This document shows, piece by piece, positions 26,321 through 36,084 of a stretch of 64,000 nt of DNA. Each line of letters starts with the position of its first letter. Position 1 is the stretch's first letter. The stretch covers positions 5,648 to 69,647 of the forward strand of contig JANXZU010000017.1 in assembly GCA_025355345.1 (NCBI GenBank), given 5' to 3'. Source of the DNA: Syntrophaceae bacterium (lineage in GTDB: Bacteria; Desulfobacterota; Syntrophia; Syntrophales; Smithellaceae). The notes below the pieces were generated by a model. The model was not told where the DNA came from. It saw only the letters and a list, made by a program, of their open reading frames with translations, and ran no database searches. The position numbers and the translations under genes are program-made.

Positions 26321-27664
26321 TTACTGGATAATGACTCCCATAGCTCTTTGCAGTTTGGCATAATTTATATTGTAATCGCCCAGGGCATTGGCATATTCAG
26401 ATTTTGCTTTGGTAAGCAGAGTCTGAGCTTCCAAGACTTCAGTGGAAGTGGCGACTCTTTCCTTGTATCTCTCTTCAGAAATGCGGAAATTTTCTTCGGC
26501 TTGTTCAATTACTTTCTGGGAAACGGCAATCTGTTTTTCCGCTTCCTGCAAAATCAGGGATGCATATTTAATTTCCAGGGCGACTTGATCGTTCAATTCT
26601 CTTTGCGCGCCAAGCGCTTGATTTTCTTTGGCAGTGCTGGCATCCACCCGGAATTTCGTCTTGCCCCATTCCCAGAAATTCCAACTGGCCACACCCATAA
26701 CATACCAGCTTTCCGCATCTTTAAAGTCACTGCCAGCAACAGAAGGATTATCGCCAAAACGTCCGTAGTTAGCAACAAGGCTCAGTGTCGGGAAATACTC
26801 GCTACGTGCCGTATTAACCAACTTCCCTGCCTGCTTTGCTCTTAGCGATGCAATCTTCAATTCAGGGCGGTTTTGCAGAGCTATTTCAAAACATTCTTCC
26901 AATGATTTTTCAAAGGGCTGATATTTAAGCACGTCGGCTATCTCCACCGGAGCAAATATCTTGCGTTTTAAAACAGTATTAAAACGGGCTTTGGTTAACT
27001 CAACAGCGTTCTGAGCTTTAACCAGCGATTGTTTGCCATTAGCCAGCTCTACTTCGGCACGCAGTAAATCGTTCTTGGGAATCATTCCGACCTTGAAATA
27101 ATTCAAGGCGACCTCGCGATGGGCGGTGAGCATCTCCACAGACTGGCGCGCTGTTTCCATAATTTTTTGCGCGCGCAAAATGTCATAATAGGCAATCTTT
27201 ACATCCTGCACGACATCCTGCCTTTTGGCTATTTCCTCGATCTGGGCTGCATCTTCAGCGATTTTAGTTGCCTGATAATTGGCAATCAATCCCCCGCCGA
27301 CAAAAAGAGGCTGCCTGGCTTCGATCGTCCAGTTGTAATTATCTTTCGTTCCTGCCGGGATTTCCATTCCATTTAAGGCAGAAAAAGGAGGTACTGGTGG
27401 AAGACCCTGAAACCGGGAAAATGGCGCCTCATTCAAGCGTGTGTAACTATAGGATGTGTTAAGTTTTGGCAGGAAGCCCGTAATGGCTTCTCTTTTTTGA
27501 GCAGTGGCCGCTTTAACCCCCTCTTTGGCCATGTCTAAAACGATACTATTTTTTAGAGCAATTTCAATACTCGATTCCAGAGTTAAAGGTTCTGCTGCAA
27601 TGGCTATAAAAGGGACAAGCACAGCTGCAAATAATGTTATTAAGCACAAGCTTTTAATGTTCAT
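26321..27664 (-). CDS. TolC family outer-membrane efflux protein
   Basis: Signal peptide, two OEP repeats (FLPKLN/YFPTLS), first gene of the efflux operon. Confidence 0.92.
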   Translation of the reverse strand: MNIKSLCLITLFAAVLVPFIAIAAEPLTLESSIEIALKNSIVLDMAKEGVKAATAQKREAITGFLPKLNTSYSYTRLNEAPFSRFQGLPPVPPFSALNGMEIPAGTKDNYNWTIEARQPLFVGGGLIANYQATKIAEDAAQIEEIAKRQDVVQDVKIAYYDILRAQKIMETARQSVEMLTAHREVALNYFKVGMIPKNDLLRAEVELANGKQSLVKAQNAVELTKARFNTVLKRKIFAPVEIADVLKYQPFEKSLEECFEIALQNRPELKIASLRAKQAGKLVNTARSEYFPTLSLVANYGRFGDNPSVAGSDFKDAESWYVMGVASWNFWEWGKTKFRVDASTAKENQALGAQRELNDQVALEIKYASLILQEAEKQIAVSQKVIEQAEENFRISEERYKERVATSTEVLEAQTLLTKAKSEYANALGDYNINYAKLQRAMGVIIQ

Positions 27665-27707
27665 TTATTTACCCCCACGTAAAATAGTATCCAAGGCTGA
27701 TTATAAA

Positions 27708-27738
27708 TTTAACCGTATGGTTTAACCGTATGGTTAAA
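27708..27738. promoter_or_regulatory. Tandem palindromic operator, probably for the TetR regulator
   Basis: TTTAACCGTATGG x2 (AACC-gtat-GGTT palindromes) between a minus-strand TTGACA (27753-27758) and the tolC start. Confidence 0.65.
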
Positions 27739-28091
27739 TATTTCAAAAGAAATGTCAAGAACAATTTTTTAAATTTTTTATCTATCTATAAAATAGTGAA
27801 TTATTATTGACTTGGCTAATTGTTTAGTTTATTGTTTTTCTAAATTTATAATAATAAATAGCAGTAACAGAATAAATGCCATATTGACGCAAAAAAGCGG
27901 GTAAGATTTATCTGTTGAGTATATACGCAGTATGGCTGAGACAGGTTTAACAGACAGGCAAAGTTATAACGGAATTGTGTTTTTATTCGGGTTCGGGAAT
28001 TGCCAACATATTGGCAGCTAAAGTCGCTTGTATCCTGCGCATAATTAACATATAGTCGATCCATTGTTTTTAAAAGCATAAGGAGACCGAA

Positions 28092-29096
28092 ATGCAAGTT
28101 AGTCGTCATAAGGTTTATGAAAATAAGAAATTTCGACCGAAAGATATATCCGGCGTGCTGGTTTCCATTATGGATGAATTAGGTGTTCCGGAAGATGCAC
28201 TGGAGATTACCGGAACATTCAAAGCGAAAAGCGGTGCAACGGAAAGAAGATCGATGGATTTGTCCGATCTTGCCGCTGTCCGTGATTTTGAAGGGCAAAC
28301 CAACGCAATAATGGTATCCTATCCTACGGATCTTATCAAAGCTAACACTAAAGATAATGCCATTACTTTCTGTAACTATGAGGACGGTATTTTGGTGAAT
28401 GTATCCACCACCAACTTTCCCTCGATTCAAAGTATTATGGATAAGATTGAAGATCAGCTCAAACTGGTTGAGAGACTGGGAAAACCAATAGGCAAATCCA
28501 AAAATATTTCCGTTGAAAGAGCTGAAAGAGTAGAAAGAACGGAAAGACCTGAAAAAGTTGAAAGAACCGAAAGATCTGAAAGAGTAGAAAGAGATGAAAG
28601 AAAGGCGGAAATAGAGATAATGGAAAGCACAATATCAAATCGCGAATTTTCTAAATCACCATCTTGTTTTTTGGCCTACAGGTTTAATGCCCGGGTGAAA
28701 TTCCTCGCGCCGGAAGTATCGCGCTTTCTCACCTTGATGGATATTAAAGTTGTATCCGGTCTTGGAAATGAACGGCGGAGCGCAGCGCGGAAAGTATCAG
28801 GCCACCAAAAATCAAGTTATGATTTTTTTATCTATCTGATTACGCAGGATGATGAAAGCACCTGGACTAAAGAGGATTTGGCCCTGGCCTTTAGTGAAGG
28901 AGTGCCGGTCATAATATTGATGGAAAAAGGAGCAAAAGCCGGCAAGGAAATCATCGGCGGACATGAGTACATTGAATTTGACCCTGATCACATCGGAGAT
29001 ACTTTTATTGCTATTCTGGAAGCGATAAATTTCATGAAGGATCAGAGAGTGCAAGATAATGATCAGCAATCTAGTTTGCCCGACGATTTAATTTGA
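28092..29096 (+). CDS. Hypothetical protein with a C-terminal TIR-like domain
   Basis: AAGGAG RBS; CFLAYRF...DFFIYLIT...STWTKEDLALA..GVPVIILME...EYIEF pattern; charged repeat linker. Confidence 0.7.
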   Translation: MQVSRHKVYENKKFRPKDISGVLVSIMDELGVPEDALEITGTFKAKSGATERRSMDLSDLAAVRDFEGQTNAIMVSYPTDLIKANTKDNAITFCNYEDGILVNVSTTNFPSIQSIMDKIEDQLKLVERLGKPIGKSKNISVERAERVERTERPEKVERTERSERVERDERKAEIEIMESTISNREFSKSPSCFLAYRFNARVKFLAPEVSRFLTLMDIKVVSGLGNERRSAARKVSGHQKSSYDFFIYLITQDDESTWTKEDLALAFSEGVPVIILMEKGAKAGKEIIGGHEYIEFDPDHIGDTFIAILEAINFMKDQRVQDNDQQSSLPDDLI

Positions 29097-29151
29097 AAAA
29101 AGTAATTATCATTGATGGTCTGTTAATAGTACAGAATAAATATATCCTGGC

Positions 29152-30504
29152 CTATGCCAGCATCTTTTCCACGACATCCGCTATACGGCGGCAGTATGTT
29201 TGGGTTTCTTCTTTAGTGGGGCCTTCCACCATGATGCGGCACATATTCTGAGTCCCCGAGTAGCGCACCAGCACGCGGCCTTTGTCGCCCAGCTTCTTTT
29301 CAACCTCTTTGATGGCTGCTATTATTTCCGGTACGGTTTCTATCTCCGGCTTTCTTTTTACATCAATATTGATGAGCATTTGAGGAAATACGGACATGAC
29401 GCTGGCCATCTCCGATAGCGGTTTGCCATCTTTTTTCATGGCAGCAAGCACTTGCAGTGCGGTAATCAAGCCATCGCCTGTTGTATGATGATCCAGGAAA
29501 ATTAAATGGCCGGAATCCTCTCCGCCAATAACAGCGCCACGAGCCATCATCTCTTCAAGCACGTAGCGGTCGCCTACTTGGGCAAAAACAGAATCAATGC
29601 CGAGTTTCTGGAATGCAACAGATAATCCCAAATTGCTCATAACAGTGCGTACCACAAAATTGTTTTTCAGCTTGCCTTCTTTTTTCAGAATGGCTGAGCA
29701 AATAGCCAGCAATCTGTCGCCGGAAAGAACTTGTCCTTTTTCATCCACGGCAATCACCCGGTCACCATCTCCGTCAAAGGCAAAGCCGACATCGGCCTTT
29801 TGCCGTAACACTTCGGCAGCGAGTGCTTCCGGGTGTTGCGATCCGCAATTAAGGTTGATGTTTTTGCCGTCGGGTTGATCAAACATGGATGTAACCTCAA
29901 CTCCCAGTTCCGAAAAAACGGCAGGTGCAACTCGATACGTCGCGCCGTTACTGCAATCCAGGACAACTTTCATTCCTTCCGGGTTGATTTCCTGCGGAAA
30001 AGCTGATTTGAGAAAATCAACGTACCGGCCGGAGGCGTCATCCATTCGGGACAACTTTCCCAGCTCTTTAGGTGCGGGGTGGAGTTTGTGCATGTTATTG
30101 GCAAAAATTAATTCTTCGATTGAATTTTCTTTTTCATCGGAGAGCTTAAAGCCGTCACCTTTGAAAATCTTTATGCCGTTGTCCTGCATGGGATTGTGGG
30201 AAGCGGAAATAACTATGCCCGCATCGGCGCGCATGTTTTGCGTTAGAAAGGCAATCGCAGGTGTGGGAATTACGCCCACGGAAATGGCATTAACACCCAT
30301 TGAACAAATGCCGGAAACAATCGCGGCCTCAAACATATCGCCGGATAGTCGCGTGTCTTTCCCGATGACAATTCGCGCTGTATGCCCCTGCCTTTTAGAA
30401 AGGTAAGCAATGGCTCTGCCTACATTTAAAGCCATTTCCGCCGTCATCGGATGCTGGTTGGAAATGCCACGGATGCCATCTGTGCCGAAAAGTTTCCCCA
30501 TCAT
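29152..30504 (-). CDS. glmM: Phosphoglucosamine mutase
   Basis: LFGTDGIRG, ISASHNP, DGDGDR, GGEDSGH, VRYSGT. Confidence 0.95.
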   Translation of the reverse strand: MMGKLFGTDGIRGISNQHPMTAEMALNVGRAIAYLSKRQGHTARIVIGKDTRLSGDMFEAAIVSGICSMGVNAISVGVIPTPAIAFLTQNMRADAGIVISASHNPMQDNGIKIFKGDGFKLSDEKENSIEELIFANNMHKLHPAPKELGKLSRMDDASGRYVDFLKSAFPQEINPEGMKVVLDCSNGATYRVAPAVFSELGVEVTSMFDQPDGKNINLNCGSQHPEALAAEVLRQKADVGFAFDGDGDRVIAVDEKGQVLSGDRLLAICSAILKKEGKLKNNFVVRTVMSNLGLSVAFQKLGIDSVFAQVGDRYVLEEMMARGAVIGGEDSGHLIFLDHHTTGDGLITALQVLAAMKKDGKPLSEMASVMSVFPQMLINIDVKRKPEIETVPEIIAAIKEVEKKLGDKGRVLVRYSGTQNMCRIMVEGPTKEETQTYCRRIADVVEKMLA

Positions 30505-30611
30505 AACCTCCATTTTATATAATATTTTGTACCTTAGAGATTTTATTTTTGCAACAAGGAAAACAAATGTTTGAGATTGTTTTTAATTATATTTTGTGGG
30601 AAAATATATGA

Positions 30612-31379
30612 ATGAAGCGAAAAATAATCAAGATCGATGAAGACAAATGCACCGGCTGCGGTTTGTGCGTACCTGGTTGCCAAGAAGAAGCAATTAAAAT
30701 TATCGATGGCAAGGCAAAGCTGGTTGGCGATGTTTTCTGTGACGGTCTGGGCGCTTGTCTGGGCGAATGCCCCGAAGGTGCGCTTTCCATCGAAGAGCGG
30801 GAAGCAGATCATTTCGATGAAAAGATTGTTCAGGAAACGATAGCGCGCAAAAAGCGCGAAGCGGCTCAAGCCACTACTCATAAACCAGTGCCGCAGAGTT
30901 TTGGTGCTTTTAGCCCCGAATCTCACGGTTGCCCCGGTTCAGCTCATGCTGTATTTGAAAGAAAGGTCCAGGCCACAGCTCATAAAGGTGCAAGGCAATC
31001 TGAACTAACGCACTGGCCTATTCAACTTCACCTGGTTAATCCCGTTGCCGAATTTTTTAGCGGAAAAGATGTTGTGCTTGCCGCCGATTGCGTAGCTTAT
31101 AGTCTGCCCGATTTTCATGAAAGATTTCTGAAGGGCAAAAGCCTGGCCATTGCCTGTCCGAAACTTGATGAAGGACAGGATGTCTACGTGGAAAAAATAC
31201 GCAAGATGGTGGAGAAATCTAAAATCAATACACTAACGGTAATTATGATGGAAGTGCCCTGCTGCCGTGGCCTGATACAAATTGCTAATGCGGCTCTGCA
31301 GGGAGCAAACAGAAAAGTCCCTCTGAAGGCAATTATCGTCAGCACTCATGGCGATGTGCTTTCCGAAGAATGGGTTTAG
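30612..31379 (+). CDS. 4Fe-4S binding protein
   Basis: CTGCGLCVPGC, CDGLGACLGECP, WPIQLHLV, ACPKLD, MEVPCC. Confidence 0.9.
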   Translation: MKRKIIKIDEDKCTGCGLCVPGCQEEAIKIIDGKAKLVGDVFCDGLGACLGECPEGALSIEEREADHFDEKIVQETIARKKREAAQATTHKPVPQSFGAFSPESHGCPGSAHAVFERKVQATAHKGARQSELTHWPIQLHLVNPVAEFFSGKDVVLAADCVAYSLPDFHERFLKGKSLAIACPKLDEGQDVYVEKIRKMVEKSKINTLTVIMMEVPCCRGLIQIANAALQGANRKVPLKAIIVSTHGDVLSEEWV

Positions 31380-31392
31380 GTTAGTATCAAAT

Positions 31393-31686
31393 ATGAAAAA
31401 TATTATTACAGGTTTGTCGCTTTTTGCCATATTATTAGCGGTAGTTATAGTTTTCTATATCTTTCGGCAGGAGACGGTATCTATCGGTAAATATAATGTC
31501 CTTTATTATACAAATCAATGCGATATCCCTCCTGAATTATTCCCTCAGGATCTGCCGTCTTTAATGAATCTTCCCGGCCTGATCAGAATAACTTGGGAGG
31601 ATGAATTAGGTGATAATATGTTTCAGATGTATTGCTACCTGCCGGGAAAGGGAATTGAAAAAAGCGGATTGCACCATAAAAAATGA
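31393..31686 (+). CDS. Small hypothetical membrane-anchored protein
   Basis: Hydrophobic N-terminus MKNIITGLSLFAILLAVVIVFYIF. Confidence 0.6.
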   Translation: MKNIITGLSLFAILLAVVIVFYIFRQETVSIGKYNVLYYTNQCDIPPELFPQDLPSLMNLPGLIRITWEDELGDNMFQMYCYLPGKGIEKSGLHHKK

Positions 31687-31746
31687 CTAACCTCGGCGCA
31701 CCGCAATGCCTGTTATGATATTCTTTTGTCTACTGTCTCTGGGAAT

Positions 31747-32406
31747 TTAACTGTCTGATTTCTGCAGGCCAGTAATCCGTCTTTGTCGCCAATACTCAAT
31801 GAATCCCGGCAACACGGATATAATTACTATCACAACAATTACTATAGTAAAATTATTTTTTACCGCAGGTATATTACCGAAATAATAACCACCCAAAAGG
31901 AATGTACAGATCCAGGCAATGCCACCGGCAATGTTATACAGGATGAATTTTGAGTAGGTCATTGCGCCGATGCCTGCAACAAAAGGGGCAAAGGTGCGAA
32001 TTATGGGCATGAAGCGGGCGATAATAATGGTTTTGCCGCCGTGCTTTTCATAAAACTGATGAGCTTTTATTAGATATTCTTTTTTGAAAAAACGGCCGTC
32101 TTCATAATGAAATACTTTGGGGCCGATAAAATGACCAATGGCATAATTAACCGTATCGCCTGCAACTGCCGCAATGCAAAGGGAGATTAAAAGGATTTCA
32201 ATATCCAACGCGCATAGCGCGGCTAAACTGCCCAATGCGAACAGAAGGGAATCGCCGGGAAGAATGGGTGTAACAACAAGGCCTGTTTCGCAGAATATCA
32301 CCAGAAATACAATGACATAAGCCCAGATACCAAAACTCTTGATGATAACGGGCATGTATTTGTCCAGATGAATAAAAAAATCTATAAAATAAATTATTAT
32401 GTCCAT
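31747..32406 (-). CDS. DedA family protein
   Basis: FCETGLVVTPILPGDSLLF, GDTVNY, ARFMPIIRTFAPFVAG. Confidence 0.95.
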   Translation of the reverse strand: MDIIIYFIDFFIHLDKYMPVIIKSFGIWAYVIVFLVIFCETGLVVTPILPGDSLLFALGSLAALCALDIEILLISLCIAAVAGDTVNYAIGHFIGPKVFHYEDGRFFKKEYLIKAHQFYEKHGGKTIIIARFMPIIRTFAPFVAGIGAMTYSKFILYNIAGGIAWICTFLLGGYYFGNIPAVKNNFTIVIVVIVIISVLPGFIEYWRQRRITGLQKSDS

Positions 32407-32473
32407 AAATAATTATGCTATACTTTAAAAGTTATTTGCTAATCTATATAAGGAAAATAGGGAGGGTGTCAAC

Positions 32474-33394
32474 ATGAAAAAAGTATTAATTGGATTATTA
32501 GCTGTTGTCGTGGCCATGGTTGTGGGTTATTTTGCTTTCCCGGAAAAAGTAGCCGGTTATATGATCGATGCCGCCAGAAGCCAGGCAGGGCTAACCAAAA
32601 AGGAAATCAAGATCGATGATCATAACATTGTTTATTTGGAAGGCGGCAAAGGACAGACAATATTACTTTTGCACGGCTACACCGGAGATAAAGATAACTG
32701 GATAAAGTTGGCCCCTTATTTAGCTAAAGATTACCATGTGATAATTCCTGATATTCCCGGGTACGGAGAAAGTTCCATGATCGAGAAGGCCTCATACGAT
32801 TTATCAAATCAGATGTCGCGTTTGCATAAATTCGCACAGGCACTTGAACTCAAAAAGTTTCATATCGCGGGTAACTCCATGGGCGGATTTTTTGCCGGGT
32901 CTTATGCCGTGCGCTATCCTGATGAAATTATCAGTGTGGGACTATTTAATGCCGGAGGAGTCACTTCACTGGAAAAAAGTGTAGTAATGAAAATGATAGA
33001 CAAAGGCGAAAATCCACTTGTTTTAAAAGACAGCAAAGATATGCCACGCTTAATGGCGCTGGTTTTTGTTAATTCTCCAAGTTTACCATACCCACTCAAA
33101 AAAGTATTTACCAAAAACGCTTTAAACAATCGTAAGTTCTACGAAAAGGAACTCAAAGAAATCGGTCCAGATTTCTTATCTCTCGAAAAAGATCTGCCAA
33201 AGATAAAAGCGCCAGCTTTAATTCTTTGGGGCGATCAGGATAAAGTCCTTGATGTTTCCAGTGTGCCGGTTTTTGAAAAGGGATTAAAAAATCACAAAAC
33301 TGTAATCATCAAAGATTGCGGCCACCTGCCCATGCTGGAAAAACCACAGGAAACAGCAACACAATATATTGATTTTATCAGTGGAATCAAATAA
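32474..33394 (+). CDS. Alpha/beta hydrolase (lipase-like)
   Basis: LLHG, GNSMG nucleophile, WGDQD, GHLP; N-terminal TM/signal. Confidence 0.92.
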   Translation: MKKVLIGLLAVVVAMVVGYFAFPEKVAGYMIDAARSQAGLTKKEIKIDDHNIVYLEGGKGQTILLLHGYTGDKDNWIKLAPYLAKDYHVIIPDIPGYGESSMIEKASYDLSNQMSRLHKFAQALELKKFHIAGNSMGGFFAGSYAVRYPDEIISVGLFNAGGVTSLEKSVVMKMIDKGENPLVLKDSKDMPRLMALVFVNSPSLPYPLKKVFTKNALNNRKFYEKELKEIGPDFLSLEKDLPKIKAPALILWGDQDKVLDVSSVPVFEKGLKNHKTVIIKDCGHLPMLEKPQETATQYIDFISGIK

Positions 33395-33419
33395 TAATCT
33401 CCTTAAGTAATTTCATTTC

Positions 33420-33459
33420 AACTACTCCCTTATCACGATAAATGTGAGGGAGTAGTTTT
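33420..33459 (+). terminator. Intrinsic terminator
   Basis: AACTACTCCCT...AGGGAGTAGTTTT. Confidence 0.7.
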
Positions 33460-33638
33460 GCGTGATTTGTTTACTGAATGCTTAAGGCGCTGTGGCAGTT
33501 GTGTAAATCTGTTTGTATATTAGATAACGGCTGTTAGTTGATGGAATCCATGGAGGTCATTATGTTAACAACGGAATTAACTTCAATGTAAGTAAAATAA
33601 TTGTTTTGCTATTGAGTGCAGGGGAAATAATGAAATGT

Positions 33639-33678
33639 TGTTTCCGGTCCCCTGCATCATGCAAGGGACCGGAAACAA
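33639..33678 (-). terminator. Hairpin downstream of the FKBP gene
   Basis: TGTTTCCGGTCCC..TGCA tca TGCA..GGGACCGGAAACA. Confidence 0.65.
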
Positions 33679-33683
33679 ATTAA

Positions 33684-34388
33684 CTATTTCTTCTTGCCTG
33701 CGGGTTTGGCAGCTCCGGCAGCCGGAGCTTTTGTGTCTAGAAGCTCTACTTCAAAGATCAGTGTAGCGCCGCCTGGAATGACGGGAGGCCTTCCTTCATC
33801 TCCGTAAGCAATGGCGGGGGGGCAGACTAGTTTGGCTTTGCCGCCAACCTTCATTTTGGACACACCCTCAGACCAGCACTTGATAACCTGATTGAGCGGA
33901 AATTCGACGGGCTGTCCGCGTTTCACAGAGCTATCGAATTCTTTGCCACCAATAAGAGTGCCGGTATAATGCACTTTGACAATGTCTGTGCTTTTGGGCT
34001 GTTTGCCGCTACCCGCTTTGATTGGTATATAAATAAGTTCAGAATCAGTCTTTATGGCTCCTTTTTCTTTGGCAGCATTTTCCAAGAAATCTTTGGATCT
34101 GGCCTTTTCCTTATCTGCGGCAGCTTTAACTCTTGTCTGTGCAAGTTCGCTGATTTGTTGCTTATAGGTTTCAGGATCGACAATTACTTTTTTGCCATTT
34201 ACCTTATCACTAATTCCCTGCTGCACAAATTCGAATTCATCTGCAGTAAAGTTGAAAAATTCAAGCTGCTTGGCGATGTGTACGCCAATTGCATATAGAG
34301 CTTTTTGTTCTTCAGTTGATGGATCTGACGACGCAAAAGCCGGGACGCTCAGCAGAACAATAAAAAGTGTAACAATAATTTTACGCAT
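33684..34388 (-). CDS. FKBP-type peptidyl-prolyl isomerase (FkpA/Mip-like)
   Basis: Signal peptide, VHYTGTL..G.EFDSS, AYG, IPGGATLIFEVELL. Confidence 0.93.
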   Translation of the reverse strand: MRKIIVTLFIVLLSVPAFASSDPSTEEQKALYAIGVHIAKQLEFFNFTADEFEFVQQGISDKVNGKKVIVDPETYKQQISELAQTRVKAAADKEKARSKDFLENAAKEKGAIKTDSELIYIPIKAGSGKQPKSTDIVKVHYTGTLIGGKEFDSSVKRGQPVEFPLNQVIKCWSEGVSKMKVGGKAKLVCPPAIAYGDEGRPPVIPGGATLIFEVELLDTKAPAAGAAKPAGKKK

Positions 34389-34563
34389 AATATTCCTTTC
34401 AATGTTGATTATTTTTTTGATATGAGTTCCTCTCAATATCTTATTATTTGAACTATAAAACTAAATATATCTTTAGTCAACCATATGTTTTTGAAGTATC
34501 GATAAAATGGAACTGCTATAAATTTTCTTGACTTTATCTTCGTTTATGATAATTCCAATACCT

Positions 34564-34610
34564 AGCGGTGATTTAAAGTAAATTGCTCCGCTTAATAAAT
34601 GTGCTAAAGC
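34564..34610 (+). ncRNA. SAM-II-like riboswitch aptamer
   Basis: AGCGG-TGATTT-...-TTGC-T-CCGCT-TAATAAAT-GT-GCTAAA matches the SAM-II pattern (P1 stem, UGAUUU, UUGC, AUAAAU..GCUAAA); upstream of metK. Confidence 0.8.
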
Positions 34611-34637
34611 ACCGTAGAATCAATTAACCGTAAATTG

Positions 34638-34664
34638 AACCCGTGCTTTGACACGGGTTTTTTT
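34638..34664 (+). terminator. Riboswitch-controlled intrinsic terminator
   Basis: AACCCGTG-ctttga-CACGGGTT running into a U-tract. Confidence 0.85.
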
Positions 34665-34667
34665 GTC

Positions 34668-34769
34668 AATGAGACTCGAATTTCAGAAACGCATTGCGTT
34701 GAAATTCGTAAGTCGAATTGTCCCCGAAGCGTATGGCCTAAAGGCCACTATAGGCGTAGGGGATTAATG
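34668..34769 (+). repeat. REP-like repeat family 2 unit
   Basis: AATGAGACTCGAATTTCAGAAACGCATTGCGTTGAAATTCGTAAGTCGAATTGTCCCCGAAGCG...CGTAGGGGATTAATG. Confidence 0.9.
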
Positions 34770-34826
34770 GTACCTTTGAATAAACGAAGTGTACTTGAAA
34801 ATGATTTTGCAAAGGAGATTATTAAA

Positions 34827-36005
34827 ATGCAGATTTCGTCAGAAAGTGTCAAAATAGGTCATCCGGATATTGTTGCCGATATCATAGCGGCCAATGTAAT
34901 TGCGGAAATCCTGAAAGAGGAAAAAAAAATAGGTCTGGATTTGAGCAACATGCCTCACTGCGGTATTGAGGTTTTTCTGGGCAAAGGTATTTGTCTTGTC
35001 GGTGGAGAGGTGAGAACAAGGGCTTACGTTGATATTGATGATATTGCCAGAAAGTCGGTTTTGGCTATCGGCTACAACCACGCGGCGGTAGGATTGAATG
35101 GCAACTCGATGGGAGTCTTAAACGCCATTATTCCTCAATCTCCTGATATCAATCAGGGCACAAGTTGTCTTTTGAACAAGAAGCATGAGATCGGCGCCGG
35201 AGATCAGGGTATTATGTATGGCTTTGCCTGTGATGAAACGCCTGAGCTTCTGCCTCTTCCATATGTCCTGGTCAACAGGATGATGAGAGCTTTTGAGAAC
35301 TGTGGAGATCCTATTTTTGCTCCGGATGGCAAGGGGCAGGTCTCGGTAGATTATGATATTAAAACAGGCAAACCGATTCGTCTAGCCAAGGTGCTTATGT
35401 CCAACTCTATTGATTATCGTTGCGTCAAGGGCAACCGCAATAAAGTCAGAGAAAAGGCCAAAAAGATTGCCTTTAATTGTTTGAAAGATTGTGCCGATAA
35501 GAAAACAGAGTTTATCTTTAATCCCACAGGTGAATGGGATGCTATCAATTCCTGCAGCGCTGCCGATTCCGGCGTGACAGGCCGTAAGCTGGTTGTGCAG
35601 TTTTACGGCGGCTATCCCGGTGCGCAGTTAGGTGGCGGCGCGGTAGTGAATAAAACTCCGGAAAAAGTTGATTGTTCCGCCGCTTTTGGCGCCCGCCATG
35701 TGGCAAAAAATATTGTTGCCGCGGGGCTTGCCTCTAGATGTTCCGTACAGTTGGCTTACGCTATTGGAATTGCCCGTCCCTTTTCCATTTATGTCAATAC
35801 GTTTGGAACAGGAAGCATTTCCGATGAAAAGCTGGAAAAAATCATTGAGGGACTCTTTGATCTGACTCCGGGAGGCATGATTGAAAGGTTTGATTTGCTT
35901 AACGCAAATATTTACCGGAGGATTCCCAAGACGTTTTTTCTGGATAACTATCCCTGGGAAAAAACTGATATGATCAGGAAATTGCAACAGGCAGCCAAAG
36001 CGTAA
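34827..36005 (+). CDS. metK: S-adenosylmethionine synthetase (divergent)
   Basis: SESV..GHPD, QSPDINQG, GAGDQG.MYGFA, PDGKGQV, GVTGRK, QLAYAIG; AAGGAG RBS before the ATG at 34827. Confidence 0.9.
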   Translation: MQISSESVKIGHPDIVADIIAANVIAEILKEEKKIGLDLSNMPHCGIEVFLGKGICLVGGEVRTRAYVDIDDIARKSVLAIGYNHAAVGLNGNSMGVLNAIIPQSPDINQGTSCLLNKKHEIGAGDQGIMYGFACDETPELLPLPYVLVNRMMRAFENCGDPIFAPDGKGQVSVDYDIKTGKPIRLAKVLMSNSIDYRCVKGNRNKVREKAKKIAFNCLKDCADKKTEFIFNPTGEWDAINSCSAADSGVTGRKLVVQFYGGYPGAQLGGGAVVNKTPEKVDCSAAFGARHVAKNIVAAGLASRCSVQLAYAIGIARPFSIYVNTFGTGSISDEKLEKIIEGLFDLTPGGMIERFDLLNANIYRRIPKTFFLDNYPWEKTDMIRKLQQAAKA

Positions 36006-36034
36006 GCATTTTGTAATTGTCAATTAAATTTCAC

Positions 36035-36082
36035 AGGCCGAAGGAATCCCATAAAGCTTAATGGTTTCCACCTTCGGCCTTT
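36035..36082 (+). terminator. Terminator after metK
   Basis: AGGCCGAAGG...CCTTCGGCCT followed by TT. Confidence 0.6.
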
Positions 36083-36084
36083 GT

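Noticed and set aside
28011-28028. sigma54 promoter upstream of the TIR-like gene
   Set aside because: The GG-to-GC spacing is 11 nt rather than the required 10.
34635-34826. 64-codon N-terminal extension of MetK in the ORF track
   Set aside because: It reads through the terminator and a family 2 repeat; the RBS and homology point to the ATG at 34827.
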